Shown: positions 1 through 8,594 of the stretch, piece by piece
Layout: each line of letters begins with the position of its first letter
How positions within the stretch are numbered: the first letter of the stretch is position 1
Assembly: GCA_021648085.1 (NCBI GenBank)
Contig: JAKITS010000001.1
Location: 196,948 to 260,947, forward strand
Direction: 5' to 3'
DNA length: 64,000 bases
Origin: Candidatus Magasanikiibacteriota bacterium
Lineage (GTDB): Bacteria; Patescibacteriota; Patescibacteriia; Magasanikbacterales; UBA922
Position numbers and translations under genes: made by a program
Notes under the pieces: generated by a model
Database searches by the model: none
Seen by the model: the letters and a program-made list of their open reading frames with translations, nothing else
What the model was told of the DNA's origin: nothing

Positions 1-148
1 CTTTGCCGATCATTACTTTCAATCCGGCACGAACTTTTTTTCCTTTGTTTATGAAGTATGGGCAAGAAATTTTAAGGCCTGAAATTTCCAATTCTTTGAA
101 TCCGGCGATTACGCCGAGAGCTTTTTTCGATAGGCTTTTTGTATTCAT
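1..148 (-). CDS. hypothetical protein (N-terminal 49 codons, gene continues beyond window start)
   Basis: Reverse-strand ATG at 146-148 (rev-comp MNTKSLSKKALGVIAGFKELEISGLKISCPYF...), open to position 1; immediately downstream of the ATP-grasp gene on the same strand. Confidence 0.3.
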   Translation of the reverse strand, partial: MNTKSLSKKALGVIAGFKELEISGLKISCPYFINKGKKVRAGLKVMIGK

Positions 149-153
149 ATAAT

Positions 154-1383
154 TTAGGTTGATATAATATTTTTTATTTTTTCACCAAGTTCGTTTAATT
201 TGTTTGGTGCAGAAATTAAGGATTCATTACTTTGAATTCTTAGTAAATCGCTTTCCATTTTTTCATTTTCGTATTGAATTACAGTAAAATTTTCTGCACA
301 AAGTTTTTTGGCTAATTCTGTTATGTTTGTTTCACTTTGTTTTCGCAATATAATTTGTGCGCCATTTTCAATTTGTTTAACTTTTGAATTTGTTTCTAAA
401 TCCAAAAGTCCAACCAAATGAGCATCAAAAGTTGTGATTTCTTCTTTTGAATGTGGAGTTTGCAGAGTTGATTCAAAAGTTGTGGAAGCTGGTTGGCGAG
501 CATTTATTTCTATTAAATACATTTTTCCTGTTTCTTTTTCCAAAATAACATCTATTCCAAACAATCCACTCCAACCGTCTTTTTGTAGTTTTTCACCAAC
601 TTCTTTTGCAATTTTAAAAAAATCTGTTTTCTGTTCTTCGTTTAAAAATGTATTTGCAAAACCCCAATCATTTCCAATTGTTGCAAATTTTTGTTTTGTG
701 AAAGACGCAAGCCCTGTAATTTGATAGCTGATATTTCCAAACAAAATTCCATTTTTGGTTACAGAATTATTGTTTGTAAAAAGTGAACCATCTATGTATT
801 TTGTAATTCGAGCTTCTCTTTTTGGAAATTTTTCTTTTATTTCAATTAATTGTTTTGCAGATTCTACCAAAATAGTTCCAGATCCTGTGTGACTTCTGTT
901 AAATTGCAGTATAAAATTTTCTTCATTCCACTTTAAATCTCCACAAAGTTCTATTTTGTGTTTTGGTAAAAATTTACTAAGATCACCAAGCCATTCCACT
1001 TGAGAAATTTTTTGTTCAACTCTATTTACCAATTCTGCTGGTGGATTCAACAAAGTCCAGTTTTTTTCTGTACAAATTCTTTCTATTTGAATTGTATTTT
1101 TGAAAACCAAAATCTGTGGATTTGAGAATTTATTTACAAACTCCACAACTTCAGGATTTTGCAAAAGCTCATAAGTATCCAAAATCTTTTCATTTTTTAT
1201 TAACAAAACATTTTCTCTGTCTTCCTTTGTTTTTGTTGCAAAATTACTATCATTTGAGATAATATAGTAGTTGGTAGTATTTATATCAAAACCAAGAGCG
1301 CGCTCAATATCGCGACTCACATAAACTATTGGGTTGGTTAGTTCTATCATAATTAAAATATTGTATGATGTGTAAGTATACAC
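154..1383 (-). CDS. ATP-grasp domain protein (carboxylate-amine ligase-like)
   Basis: 409-aa ORF; C-terminal half has ATP-grasp-like pattern (..KYIDGSLF.., ..WSGLFGIDVILEKETGKMYLIEINAR..). True start may be internal Met (MIELTNPIVYVS, about 1350). Confidence 0.5.
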   Translation of the reverse strand: MYTYTSYNILIMIELTNPIVYVSRDIERALGFDINTTNYYIISNDSNFATKTKEDRENVLLIKNEKILDTYELLQNPEVVEFVNKFSNPQILVFKNTIQIERICTEKNWTLLNPPAELVNRVEQKISQVEWLGDLSKFLPKHKIELCGDLKWNEENFILQFNRSHTGSGTILVESAKQLIEIKEKFPKREARITKYIDGSLFTNNNSVTKNGILFGNISYQITGLASFTKQKFATIGNDWGFANTFLNEEQKTDFFKIAKEVGEKLQKDGWSGLFGIDVILEKETGKMYLIEINARQPASTTFESTLQTPHSKEEITTFDAHLVGLLDLETNSKVKQIENGAQIILRKQSETNITELAKKLCAENFTVIQYENEKMESDLLRIQSNESLISAPNKLNELGEKIKNIIST

Positions 1384-1410
1384 TAAAATTAAACTTTTGA
1401 AAAGTATCCT

Positions 1411-2361
1411 ATGGATTTATTTTACAACGAATTGAAGAATTTTGGAAAGGTTCGTGCAAACGAACCTATGAGTAAGCATACAACTTACAAGATTGGTGGG
1501 TCTACAAAATATTTTGTGGAAGTAGGGAAAATGCAAAATTTTGTGGATTTATTGAAATTTTTAGAAGGATCTGGGAAAGATTATTTTATTTTGGGTGGAG
1601 GAAGTAATATTTTGGTTTCAGACGAGGGATACGATGGTGTGGTGGTAAAAGTAAAAGTTTGTGAAATAAATGTGGATGGGAATTTACTGACGGCGAGTGC
1701 AGGTTGCGCCACAGTTGATGTTGCTAGAAAATCTATGGAGGTAGGATTGACTGGTTTTGAATGGGGAGTTGGAATTCCTGGGACAATTGGTGGGGCAGTC
1801 CGTGGAAATGCTGGAGCAATGGGAGGGGAAGTAAAAGATTTTGTAAAAGAAGTTGAAATTTATAAGGATGGTGAAGTAATAAAAATAACAAACAAAGAGT
1901 CTGGGTTTGGATATCGCGACAGCAGATTTAAAACAAGTAATGAGGTGGTTTTGAAAGTAGTTTTGGAATTGGAAAAAGGAGAAGCAAAAGAGGGTATGAA
2001 GCAAGCTATAAAAAATATTCAACAAAGAAATCTGTCTCAACCACAAGGTTTTTCTTCTAGTGGTTGTATTTTCAAAAATTATGAAATAAAAAATGAAGAA
2101 GAAAAAGAAGAATTGAAAAAGAAAGGGGTACTACAAGAGTTTTTGGATAAAAATTTGGTTCCAGTTGGTTGGCTGGTAGAAAGTTTGGGAATAAAAGGTT
2201 TGAAAAGTGGAAATGCGCAAATTAGTGAAAAACATTGTAACTTTATATTGAATTTGGGCGGAGCTACAGCTAGTGATATTCTAGTTTTAATTGAAAAAAT
2301 AAAGGCTGGGGTGTACGATAAATATAGTATAAATATTGAAGAAGAAATAAGAATTTTGTAA
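1411..2361 (+). CDS. murB: UDP-N-acetylenolpyruvoylglucosamine reductase MurB
   Basis: FAD-binding N-terminus GGGSNILVSDEGYDGVVVKV, GIPGTIGGAVRGNAGAMGGE, YRDSRFK, C-terminal GCIFKN..GWLVE motifs typical of MurB. Confidence 0.85.
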   Translation: MDLFYNELKNFGKVRANEPMSKHTTYKIGGSTKYFVEVGKMQNFVDLLKFLEGSGKDYFILGGGSNILVSDEGYDGVVVKVKVCEINVDGNLLTASAGCATVDVARKSMEVGLTGFEWGVGIPGTIGGAVRGNAGAMGGEVKDFVKEVEIYKDGEVIKITNKESGFGYRDSRFKTSNEVVLKVVLELEKGEAKEGMKQAIKNIQQRNLSQPQGFSSSGCIFKNYEIKNEEEKEELKKKGVLQEFLDKNLVPVGWLVESLGIKGLKSGNAQISEKHCNFILNLGGATASDILVLIEKIKAGVYDKYSINIEEEIRIL

Positions 2362-2370
2362 AATTCTTAT

Positions 2371-2545
2371 TTCCTTTCTGTCATTTCGAACAAAGTGAGA
2401 CCTGCACGCTGGCAGTCGGGAATCCCTTAAACATTGATTCAAACACATTTTTTTAACGATAACATTAAAACTTTCTCATTTTATCTTTTGACACCAAAAG
2501 TGCCGAACGGTTGACAGTTTATGGCTTAATTTATTTTTAATTAAT
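2371..2545. repeat. dispersed intergenic repeat, family B, copy 1 (about 175 bp)
   Basis: Shares conserved blocks (tctgtcatttcgaac.aagtgaga, cccttaaacattgattcaaacaca, cttttgacaccaa..aagtgccgaacggttgaca..ggcttaattt) with 11701-12000 and 33015-33325; fills the whole murB-hpf intergenic space. Confidence 0.8.
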
Positions 2546-2549
2546 TTTT

Positions 2550-2900
2550 ATGAATATAAATATAACTGCAAGAGGAATAGATTTGACTGAAACTATAAAA
2601 CAATACACAACAGAAAAAATGGAAATGCTTCAGAAATATTTTGAGAATATCCAGCAAATTGATGTGGAAATAGGGAAGAAATCGAACCATCATAATAAAG
2701 GAAAGATTTTTTATTCAAAGATCAATGTATTTGTACCAAACTCAACAATAAGAATGGAAAAAGATGCCGAGAGTTTGTACAAATCAATTGATAAAGCAAA
2801 AGATCATTTGAAAGTTGAATTGGAAAAAATGAAAGAAAAACGAAGACATATTGATAGACTGGAAATTAGAGAAAGTAAAGAATATTATTTGGAAGATTAA
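2550..2900 (+). CDS. hpf: ribosome hibernation promoting factor / RaiA (YfiA family)
   Basis: 116 aa, MNINITARGIDLTETIKQY..VEIGK..KINVFVPN.. matches sigma-54 modulation protein/HPF fold. Confidence 0.8.
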   Translation: MNINITARGIDLTETIKQYTTEKMEMLQKYFENIQQIDVEIGKKSNHHNKGKIFYSKINVFVPNSTIRMEKDAESLYKSIDKAKDHLKVELEKMKEKRRHIDRLEIRESKEYYLED

Positions 2901-2914
2901 AATAGAAAGTTAAA

Positions 2915-2955
2915 ATAAAAAACCCACACTAACTAAAGTGTGGGTTTTGGTTTAT
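2915..2955. terminator. bidirectional rho-independent terminator
   Basis: Hairpin aacccacact-aactaa-agtgtgggtt followed by T-run; between convergent hpf (+) and HAD gene (-). Confidence 0.7.
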
Positions 2956-3635
2956 GGCCAGATTTTGTATTTTCGAATTATTTTTTTAAGATCTTCTATT
3001 GTGTGTGTTCTACAGCTATATTGTTCTGCTTGGCCTGTTAAGCGTTGAAATTCATATACATTTTCAAAAAGATCATCTATAAATAGAATATCTTGAATAC
3101 CTCTAGACTTTTCTTTAGGTGTATACATTTGTAGCGTCTGGAGGGCTATTCTATACAAGGCACTGTCTGGTTTTCTGATGCCCAATTTAAAGGATAAAAT
3201 TCTATTTTGACTTGGAAATCTATCTATTAAATAGGGGAATTTTCTACTTAAGGCAGACCAGTGAAGTTCACATATATTTGAAATCATAAAAATAGGAACT
3301 TTTTTTTCTATTAAATCATCAAGAATTTCTAAAATACCTTCATTTAAGAAAAATGATGTTGTTGATATTTCAAGTAATTCTTCAGCCTCAAACTTTTCAT
3401 CTTTAATTCCTAAAGCATATTTCAATGAATTCACAAAATCTTTAGTATTTAAATATCCCAATTCATAGCTATTCCATAAATTAACAGCTTTAATACACCC
3501 AAAAATCCTTTGATAAATTTGTGTAGCTGCAAGTTCATTACAATGCGGAACCATATTTTGGCAAAACACAAAATGTTCAAAATCAATAAGTACACGACCA
3601 ATATCAAATGCAACTGCGCGAATTGGATAAGTCAT
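2952..3635 (-). CDS. HAD-superfamily hydrolase
   Basis: ORF 2952-3800 trimmed to Met (MTYPIRAVAFDIGRVLID) at 3635 because the upstream part overlaps a terminator hairpin; DxG motif I (FDIGRV), K..D (GIRKPD), ILFIDD motif. Confidence 0.65.
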   Translation of the reverse strand: MTYPIRAVAFDIGRVLIDFEHFVFCQNMVPHCNELAATQIYQRIFGCIKAVNLWNSYELGYLNTKDFVNSLKYALGIKDEKFEAEELLEISTTSFFLNEGILEILDDLIEKKVPIFMISNICELHWSALSRKFPYLIDRFPSQNRILSFKLGIRKPDSALYRIALQTLQMYTPKEKSRGIQDILFIDDLFENVYEFQRLTGQAEQYSCRTHTIEDLKKIIRKYKIWP

Positions 3636-3699
3636 TCTTTTCTCCTTGTGTAAGTTTTTAAAGATCAATAGAGTTATACCATTTTTAATATTTTTTGTA

Positions 3700-3742
3700 A
3701 ATAAAAAACCCACACTAATAAAAGTATGGGTTTTAGTTTTTA
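3700..3742. terminator. rho-independent terminator (near-duplicate of the 2915-2955 hairpin)
   Basis: aaaaaacccacactaataaaagtatgggtttta + T-run, between the two tandem HAD genes. Confidence 0.6.
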
Positions 3743-4405
3743 TAAAAGACCGATATTTCCCAATTTTGTCCACAAATGAACTATATAATGTTTTGAACAA
3801 TCATATTGAATCGCAACCCCACCCATTTTTCTGAATTGTTCAACATTTTCTGTGTTGTCATCCACAAGAACTATATTTTCTATTGCAACACCTAGTTTTT
3901 TACAGGTGCTGGTAAAAATAGCAGGATCAGGTTTCATTAGTCCAACTTTGTGAGACATAAAAATATTTTCAGGAGAAAAGAACTCTCCCAAACGCGGCAT
4001 AAGTTTTTGCCCGCTTTCTCTATATAAAGAAGCATTATTTGAAATAATAGCTCTTTTAACTTTTGGATTTATTTCTGCAAAAGTTTCAATTAGCTCCCAA
4101 ATTTCTGGATTTTCAGAACCGCTAGAAGTTAAAGCTTGTTTTAATTCTTCATGACTTATATTTTGTCCTGAAACATTAAGCAAACTGAGAATTTCATTAC
4201 AAAATTTTTCTAAATTTATCTTACCCATTTGTGATTGTCGCCAAATTTTTCTTGCTGTAGGATTTTTAAAAAAAGTTTTTACAACCTCTTCCACACTTAA
4301 ACCTGTAAGTTCTGCCATGGCTTTATTTGTTTTCTGAAAAGAAGTCGCTAGTAAAACATTTCCAATATCAAAAACAATAGCATAAACTTGAGATTGCATT
4401 TCCAT
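3740..4405 (-). CDS. HAD-superfamily hydrolase (paralog of downstream gene)
   Basis: MEMQSQVYAIVFDIGNVLL.., GLMKPDPAIF, IVLVDDNTENV; HAD motifs I-IV. Confidence 0.7.
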   Translation of the reverse strand: MEMQSQVYAIVFDIGNVLLATSFQKTNKAMAELTGLSVEEVVKTFFKNPTARKIWRQSQMGKINLEKFCNEILSLLNVSGQNISHEELKQALTSSGSENPEIWELIETFAEINPKVKRAIISNNASLYRESGQKLMPRLGEFFSPENIFMSHKVGLMKPDPAIFTSTCKKLGVAIENIVLVDDNTENVEQFRKMGGVAIQYDCSKHYIVHLWTKLGNIGLL

Positions 4406-4549
4406 TTTCTACTTCTCCGTTTGTGAGTTGTCAAAGAGCATTAAATTTATATCACTTTCTATGTTCTTTGTCAATAAAAACTATAGACAAAAAAGTATGT
4501 TTATGCTACAATCTCCTAGTATAAGCAAGGCTTATTTAATAAAATTTTT

Positions 4550-7348
4550 ATGAGAAAGTTATTATCAAAATTGCTAGGAGATCAGAATAAAAAATATATA
4601 AAAGAGATTCAACCACTCGTGGATAAGGCAAATTCACTTGAAGATGAATACGAAAAATTGTCAGAAACTGATCTTAAAAGTAAAACAAAGGAGTTTAAAG
4701 CTAGATTGGAAAAAGGTGAAACTTTGGATGATATTTTGCCAGAAGCTTTTGCTGTTGTGCGTGAAGTTTCAAAGCGTACTACCAAAATGCGTCATTATGA
4801 TGTTCAGCTTATTGGTGGAATTTCTTTGCATCAAGGAAAAATTGCCGAGATGCGTACTGGTGAGGGAAAAACTTTGGTTGCAACTTTGCCAATATATTTG
4901 AATGCATTGGCAGGAAAGGGTGCTCATGTTGTGACAGTAAACGATTATTTGGCAAAGCGTGATGCGGTTTGGATGGCGCAAGTTTATGATTATTTGGGAA
5001 TGACTGTTGGAATTGTGCAAAATCAGCGCGTTAGTTTTATTTATGATTCAAATGGTAGACCAGAAGGAAGTGATGAAGATGGTGAAAGAGACGAAGCAGG
5101 TAGTTTTAAAGTAGAAGACGAATTCCTGCGTCCGTGTTCCAGAAAAGAAGCATACAGATGTGATATAACTTATGGAACAAACAATGAATATGGTTTTGAT
5201 TATTTGCGCGACAATATGGCGCAAAGCCTAGACGAAATGGTAATGCGTCCGGGAAACGAAATGCATTATTGCGTTATCGATGAGGTAGATTCAATTTTAA
5301 TCGATGAGGCTAGAACTCCGCTTATTATTTCTGCTCCTGCACAAGAAGCTGCACAACAATATTATCAGTTTGCAAATATAGCAAAAAGATTTAAAAAAGA
5401 AGAAGACTACGAAATAGACGAAAAATTGAATAGCGCTGTTTTGACAGCAGAAGGAATCAAAAAAGTTGAAGGTTGGCTGGGTGTGGATAACTTGTATGTT
5501 GAAGCTGGAATGAGAAAAATTCATCATTTGGAACAGGCTTTAAAAGCAGAAGTTTTGTTTATAAAAGACAAACAATATGTGGTTGAAGCTGACGGGAGTA
5601 TTGTGATTATTGATGAGTTTACAGGTAGAAAAATGCCAGGTCGCAGATATTCAGAAGGGTTGCATCAAGCAATTGAGGCAAAAGAGGGTTCTGCTATTCA
5701 GCGCGAAAGCCAGACTTTGGCGACTATTACATTTCAAAATCTATTTAGAATGTACAAAAAACTTTCTGGAATGACAGGTACTGCAAAAACAGAAGAAGAG
5801 GAATTTATAAAAATTTATTCGTTGGATGTAATTGTAATTCCAACGAATAGACCAGATCAAAGAAAAGACCATGTTGATGGAATTTATAAAACAGAAAAAG
5901 GTAAAAATATTTCGGTTTTGAGAAAAATTAAAGAATGCCAAGAAAGAGGTCAGCCAATTTTGGTTGGTACTATTTCTGTAGAAAAAAATGAAGAATTGAG
6001 TAGGTATTTGGATGAAAATGGAGTAAAACATGAAGTGTTGAATGCGAAAAACCATGAACGCGAGGGTGAAATAGTAGCGCAAGCTGGTAGAGTTGGTGCT
6101 GTGACGCTTGCTACAAACATGGCTGGTCGTGGAGTAGACATCAAGCTGGGTGGCGCGCCGTATGATAAAAATGAAGAGCAAAAGGTAAAAGATTTAGGTG
6201 GTTTGTTTGTACTGGGTACAGAGCGTCATGAATCTCGTAGAATAGACAACCAGCTTCGTGGTCGTTCTGCTCGTCAAGGTGATCCAGGAGAAACTCAATT
6301 TTATGTTTCAACTGGAGACGACTTAATGCGTATTTTTGCAGGGGACAGGCTGAAAACTGTTTTGGACAAAATGAAAGTCCCAGAAGATATGCCAATTGAG
6401 ACTAAAATCATTACAAAAATGTTGGAAGGTGCACAGAAAAAAGTGGAATCCCATCATTTTGATATTAGAAAACATGTTTTGCAGTATGATGATGTACTAA
6501 GTCGCCACAGAGGTGTAATATATGAAAAAAGAAGAGCAATTTTGGATTTGGAAAAAGGATTGGATGTTGTTGTTAATCCTAGTGAAAAATTGAGCACAAG
6601 CGACGATGTCTTTACTTCTTTTAGAGACTTAATTTTGTCTGATGTAGAGCAAGAAATTGAATATATAGTTTCTAAAAATACAAATGTGGAAGATATGGAT
6701 AAGTGGGATTTGCAAGGTATTTATAAAATAATGCATACTATTTTTTCTTTTACAAATAGTGAACGAGAAGAACTTCTTCATATGGGAAAAAGTGGGGATT
6801 CAAAACTGGAAGATGTAGAAGCAAGAGACAAAATAGTAAAATTCCTGATGAATAAGGCCGAGACAGAATACAATTCTTTGAAAGATAAATTTACAGAATA
6901 TTCTGGAGAAAAAGAAAAGGGTGAAAAAATGATGAAGCAGGTTGAAAAAGGAATACTTCTGCGTGCAATAGACACTCTTTGGGTAGAGCATTTGGTAAGT
7001 ATGAGTTATTTGCGTGGAAGCATAGGTTTGCAAGGTTATGGACAAAGAGATCCACTTGTGGAATACAAAAAAGAATCTTATTTTATGTTCAATCAACTTT
7101 TGGCAGATATTCAAAAAGAAGTTGTTTATGCTTTTTTCAAAGTAAGTATAGGGTTGAAAGTTGCGCCAACTGTAATGGCAAATGATAAAATTATATTGCA
7201 AGGCGCAAAAAAGAATAGTGGAGATACAGGAAAAAGAAGAATAAGACAAAAAGGAAAGGAACGAGATGAAAGCGGAAAAAAAGTTGGAAGAAATGATCCT
7301 TGTACTTGTGGAAGTGGAAAAAAGTATAAAAAATGTCACGGAGAGTAG
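4550..7348 (+). CDS. secA: preprotein translocase ATPase SecA
   Basis: 932 aa; Walker A (RTGEGKTLVATLP), DEVDSILIDEARTPLIIS, C-terminal zinc-binding CTCGSGKKYKKCHGE. Confidence 0.95.
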   Translation: MRKLLSKLLGDQNKKYIKEIQPLVDKANSLEDEYEKLSETDLKSKTKEFKARLEKGETLDDILPEAFAVVREVSKRTTKMRHYDVQLIGGISLHQGKIAEMRTGEGKTLVATLPIYLNALAGKGAHVVTVNDYLAKRDAVWMAQVYDYLGMTVGIVQNQRVSFIYDSNGRPEGSDEDGERDEAGSFKVEDEFLRPCSRKEAYRCDITYGTNNEYGFDYLRDNMAQSLDEMVMRPGNEMHYCVIDEVDSILIDEARTPLIISAPAQEAAQQYYQFANIAKRFKKEEDYEIDEKLNSAVLTAEGIKKVEGWLGVDNLYVEAGMRKIHHLEQALKAEVLFIKDKQYVVEADGSIVIIDEFTGRKMPGRRYSEGLHQAIEAKEGSAIQRESQTLATITFQNLFRMYKKLSGMTGTAKTEEEEFIKIYSLDVIVIPTNRPDQRKDHVDGIYKTEKGKNISVLRKIKECQERGQPILVGTISVEKNEELSRYLDENGVKHEVLNAKNHEREGEIVAQAGRVGAVTLATNMAGRGVDIKLGGAPYDKNEEQKVKDLGGLFVLGTERHESRRIDNQLRGRSARQGDPGETQFYVSTGDDLMRIFAGDRLKTVLDKMKVPEDMPIETKIITKMLEGAQKKVESHHFDIRKHVLQYDDVLSRHRGVIYEKRRAILDLEKGLDVVVNPSEKLSTSDDVFTSFRDLILSDVEQEIEYIVSKNTNVEDMDKWDLQGIYKIMHTIFSFTNSEREELLHMGKSGDSKLEDVEARDKIVKFLMNKAETEYNSLKDKFTEYSGEKEKGEKMMKQVEKGILLRAIDTLWVEHLVSMSYLRGSIGLQGYGQRDPLVEYKKESYFMFNQLLADIQKEVVYAFFKVSIGLKVAPTVMANDKIILQGAKKNSGDTGKRRIRQKGKERDESGKKVGRNDPCTCGSGKKYKKCHGE

Positions 7349-7614
7349 GAAAAGTAGATTAGCGATTAAGTAAGAAGATAAAAAGCCTCGCTTGTGGTAT
7401 TTTAAAATAATAAAAAAGTCTTATTACAGGTTTTTTTGTTTAATAAAAATATATAAATATTTTTGGAAACTATAGAAATAGATGGAAAAAAGGAAAAAAG
7501 TTTTAAATTTCTTGGTTAATTAGCTTGCAAGAATTAAGAAAAGAATGTAGTATAATAAATTGGCAGAATAGTTCTTTACAATTTTACAAACTCAATCCAA
7601 GGAAGGGAGGGGAA

Positions 7615-8244
7615 GTGAAAACCTATGCTAAATGTCAATCTTGCCAAAAAGAGTATTCAGCCAATGAATTGCAGTGTTATGGAGATAGGAATCTTTTAGT
7701 TTGCGAGAAATGCTTAAAAGATCCTTTAGCACATAACTTTTTGGAAGCAAGCAAAAAAGAAAGAATGGCGGAGGAAAAACGCTTGGCTGACATAAGAAGA
7801 GCTCATACAGACAAGTTTATAAATAAAGCTATTCAAAACGGTGGTGTTGTAAAGAAGAGGGGTAAAAAGAGTAAAAGACAAAAGAAAAAGTCAAAAACAC
7901 TCAAAGCAAAAAATAACAATCCTGAAGATAGTGATTACAACGACGATCAACTTATGAGACTTTTCAGTTGTCCTGCAATTCGAGAATCGATTGAATATTT
8001 TTTAGGGCAAAGACAGCATAGAATAGATAGAGTTTTTGCTATTCTTGATAATGTTGGGACTATGCATATTAGTGGTAATTTTTTAGGACAAAATTATCTA
8101 AAATTAGAAAATAAACCTTCTGGAGTTTTGAATATTCCTTTTGTGATATATCATATTATTACCACATTAGACAGTTCGGATGCTAGAGAAGTTTTTGGTT
8201 CAAAAAGATATAATGAATTGTGTAATCAATTTGAGATTAGATAG
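7615..8244 (+). CDS. hypothetical protein with N-terminal zinc ribbon and lysine-rich linker
   Basis: ORF 7525-8244; in-frame GTG at 7615 preceded by strong RBS ggaagggagggg is the likelier start; CQSCQ..x15..CEKC, KKRGKKSKRQKKKSK stretch. Confidence 0.45.
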   Translation: MKTYAKCQSCQKEYSANELQCYGDRNLLVCEKCLKDPLAHNFLEASKKERMAEEKRLADIRRAHTDKFINKAIQNGGVVKKRGKKSKRQKKKSKTLKAKNNNPEDSDYNDDQLMRLFSCPAIRESIEYFLGQRQHRIDRVFAILDNVGTMHISGNFLGQNYLKLENKPSGVLNIPFVIYHIITTLDSSDAREVFGSKRYNELCNQFEIR

Positions 8245-8256
8245 TTTGTAAAATTC

Positions 8257-8290
8257 AAAGAGGTGATTTATTTCACCTCTTTTTTTGTTT
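8257..8290 (+). terminator. rho-independent terminator
   Basis: aaagaggtga-tttattt-cacctcttt followed by tttttgttt. Confidence 0.7.
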
Positions 8291-8379
8291 ATTTTGTTGT
8301 AAATTTGCATTTTATATGAATTTCTGATAAAAAAGATGTTAGATTGTTTTAAAAACAATCTTTTATTAACAATTTTATA

Positions 8380-8408
8380 TTGACTTGCTACGAGGGGTGG
8401 TATATAAT
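8380..8408 (+). promoter_or_regulatory. sigma-70 type promoter for secDF
   Basis: TTGACT(8380-8385)-17 bp-TATAAT(8403-8408); preceded by the 21-bp palindrome agattgttttaaaaacaatct within about 8337-8362 (exact coordinates not confirmed) and followed by a roughly 185-nt leader. Confidence 0.6.
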
Positions 8409-8594
8409 AGGAACCGCTAATAAATATTGTGCCGTTGCGAGAGTTTTAAATTTTGAGCGAGACGAAAAGAAAAAATCTTTGAACTATAATAATAGTGGAA
8501 ATATTTTTTCTTAAAGTCGCAGTCAAAATTTAGAATTTTCGGTAGGTGATATATTTATGAGTGGTTTCGACTCACATAATTGATAATCTTATTT

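Noticed and set aside
434-724. 96-aa plus-strand ORF inside the ATP-grasp gene
   Set aside because: Antisense overlap with a longer motif-bearing ORF; hydrophobic low-complexity translation.
1684-2046. 120-aa minus-strand ORF inside murB
   Set aside because: Antisense shadow of murB, whose motifs are unambiguous.
3646-3834. 62-aa plus-strand ORF spanning the HAD intergenic terminator
   Set aside because: Crosses a terminator hairpin and the 5' end of a HAD gene on the other strand; no RBS.
4638-7339. Multiple 60-180-aa ORFs on both strands within secA
   Set aside because: All nested in or antisense to the 932-aa SecA reading frame.
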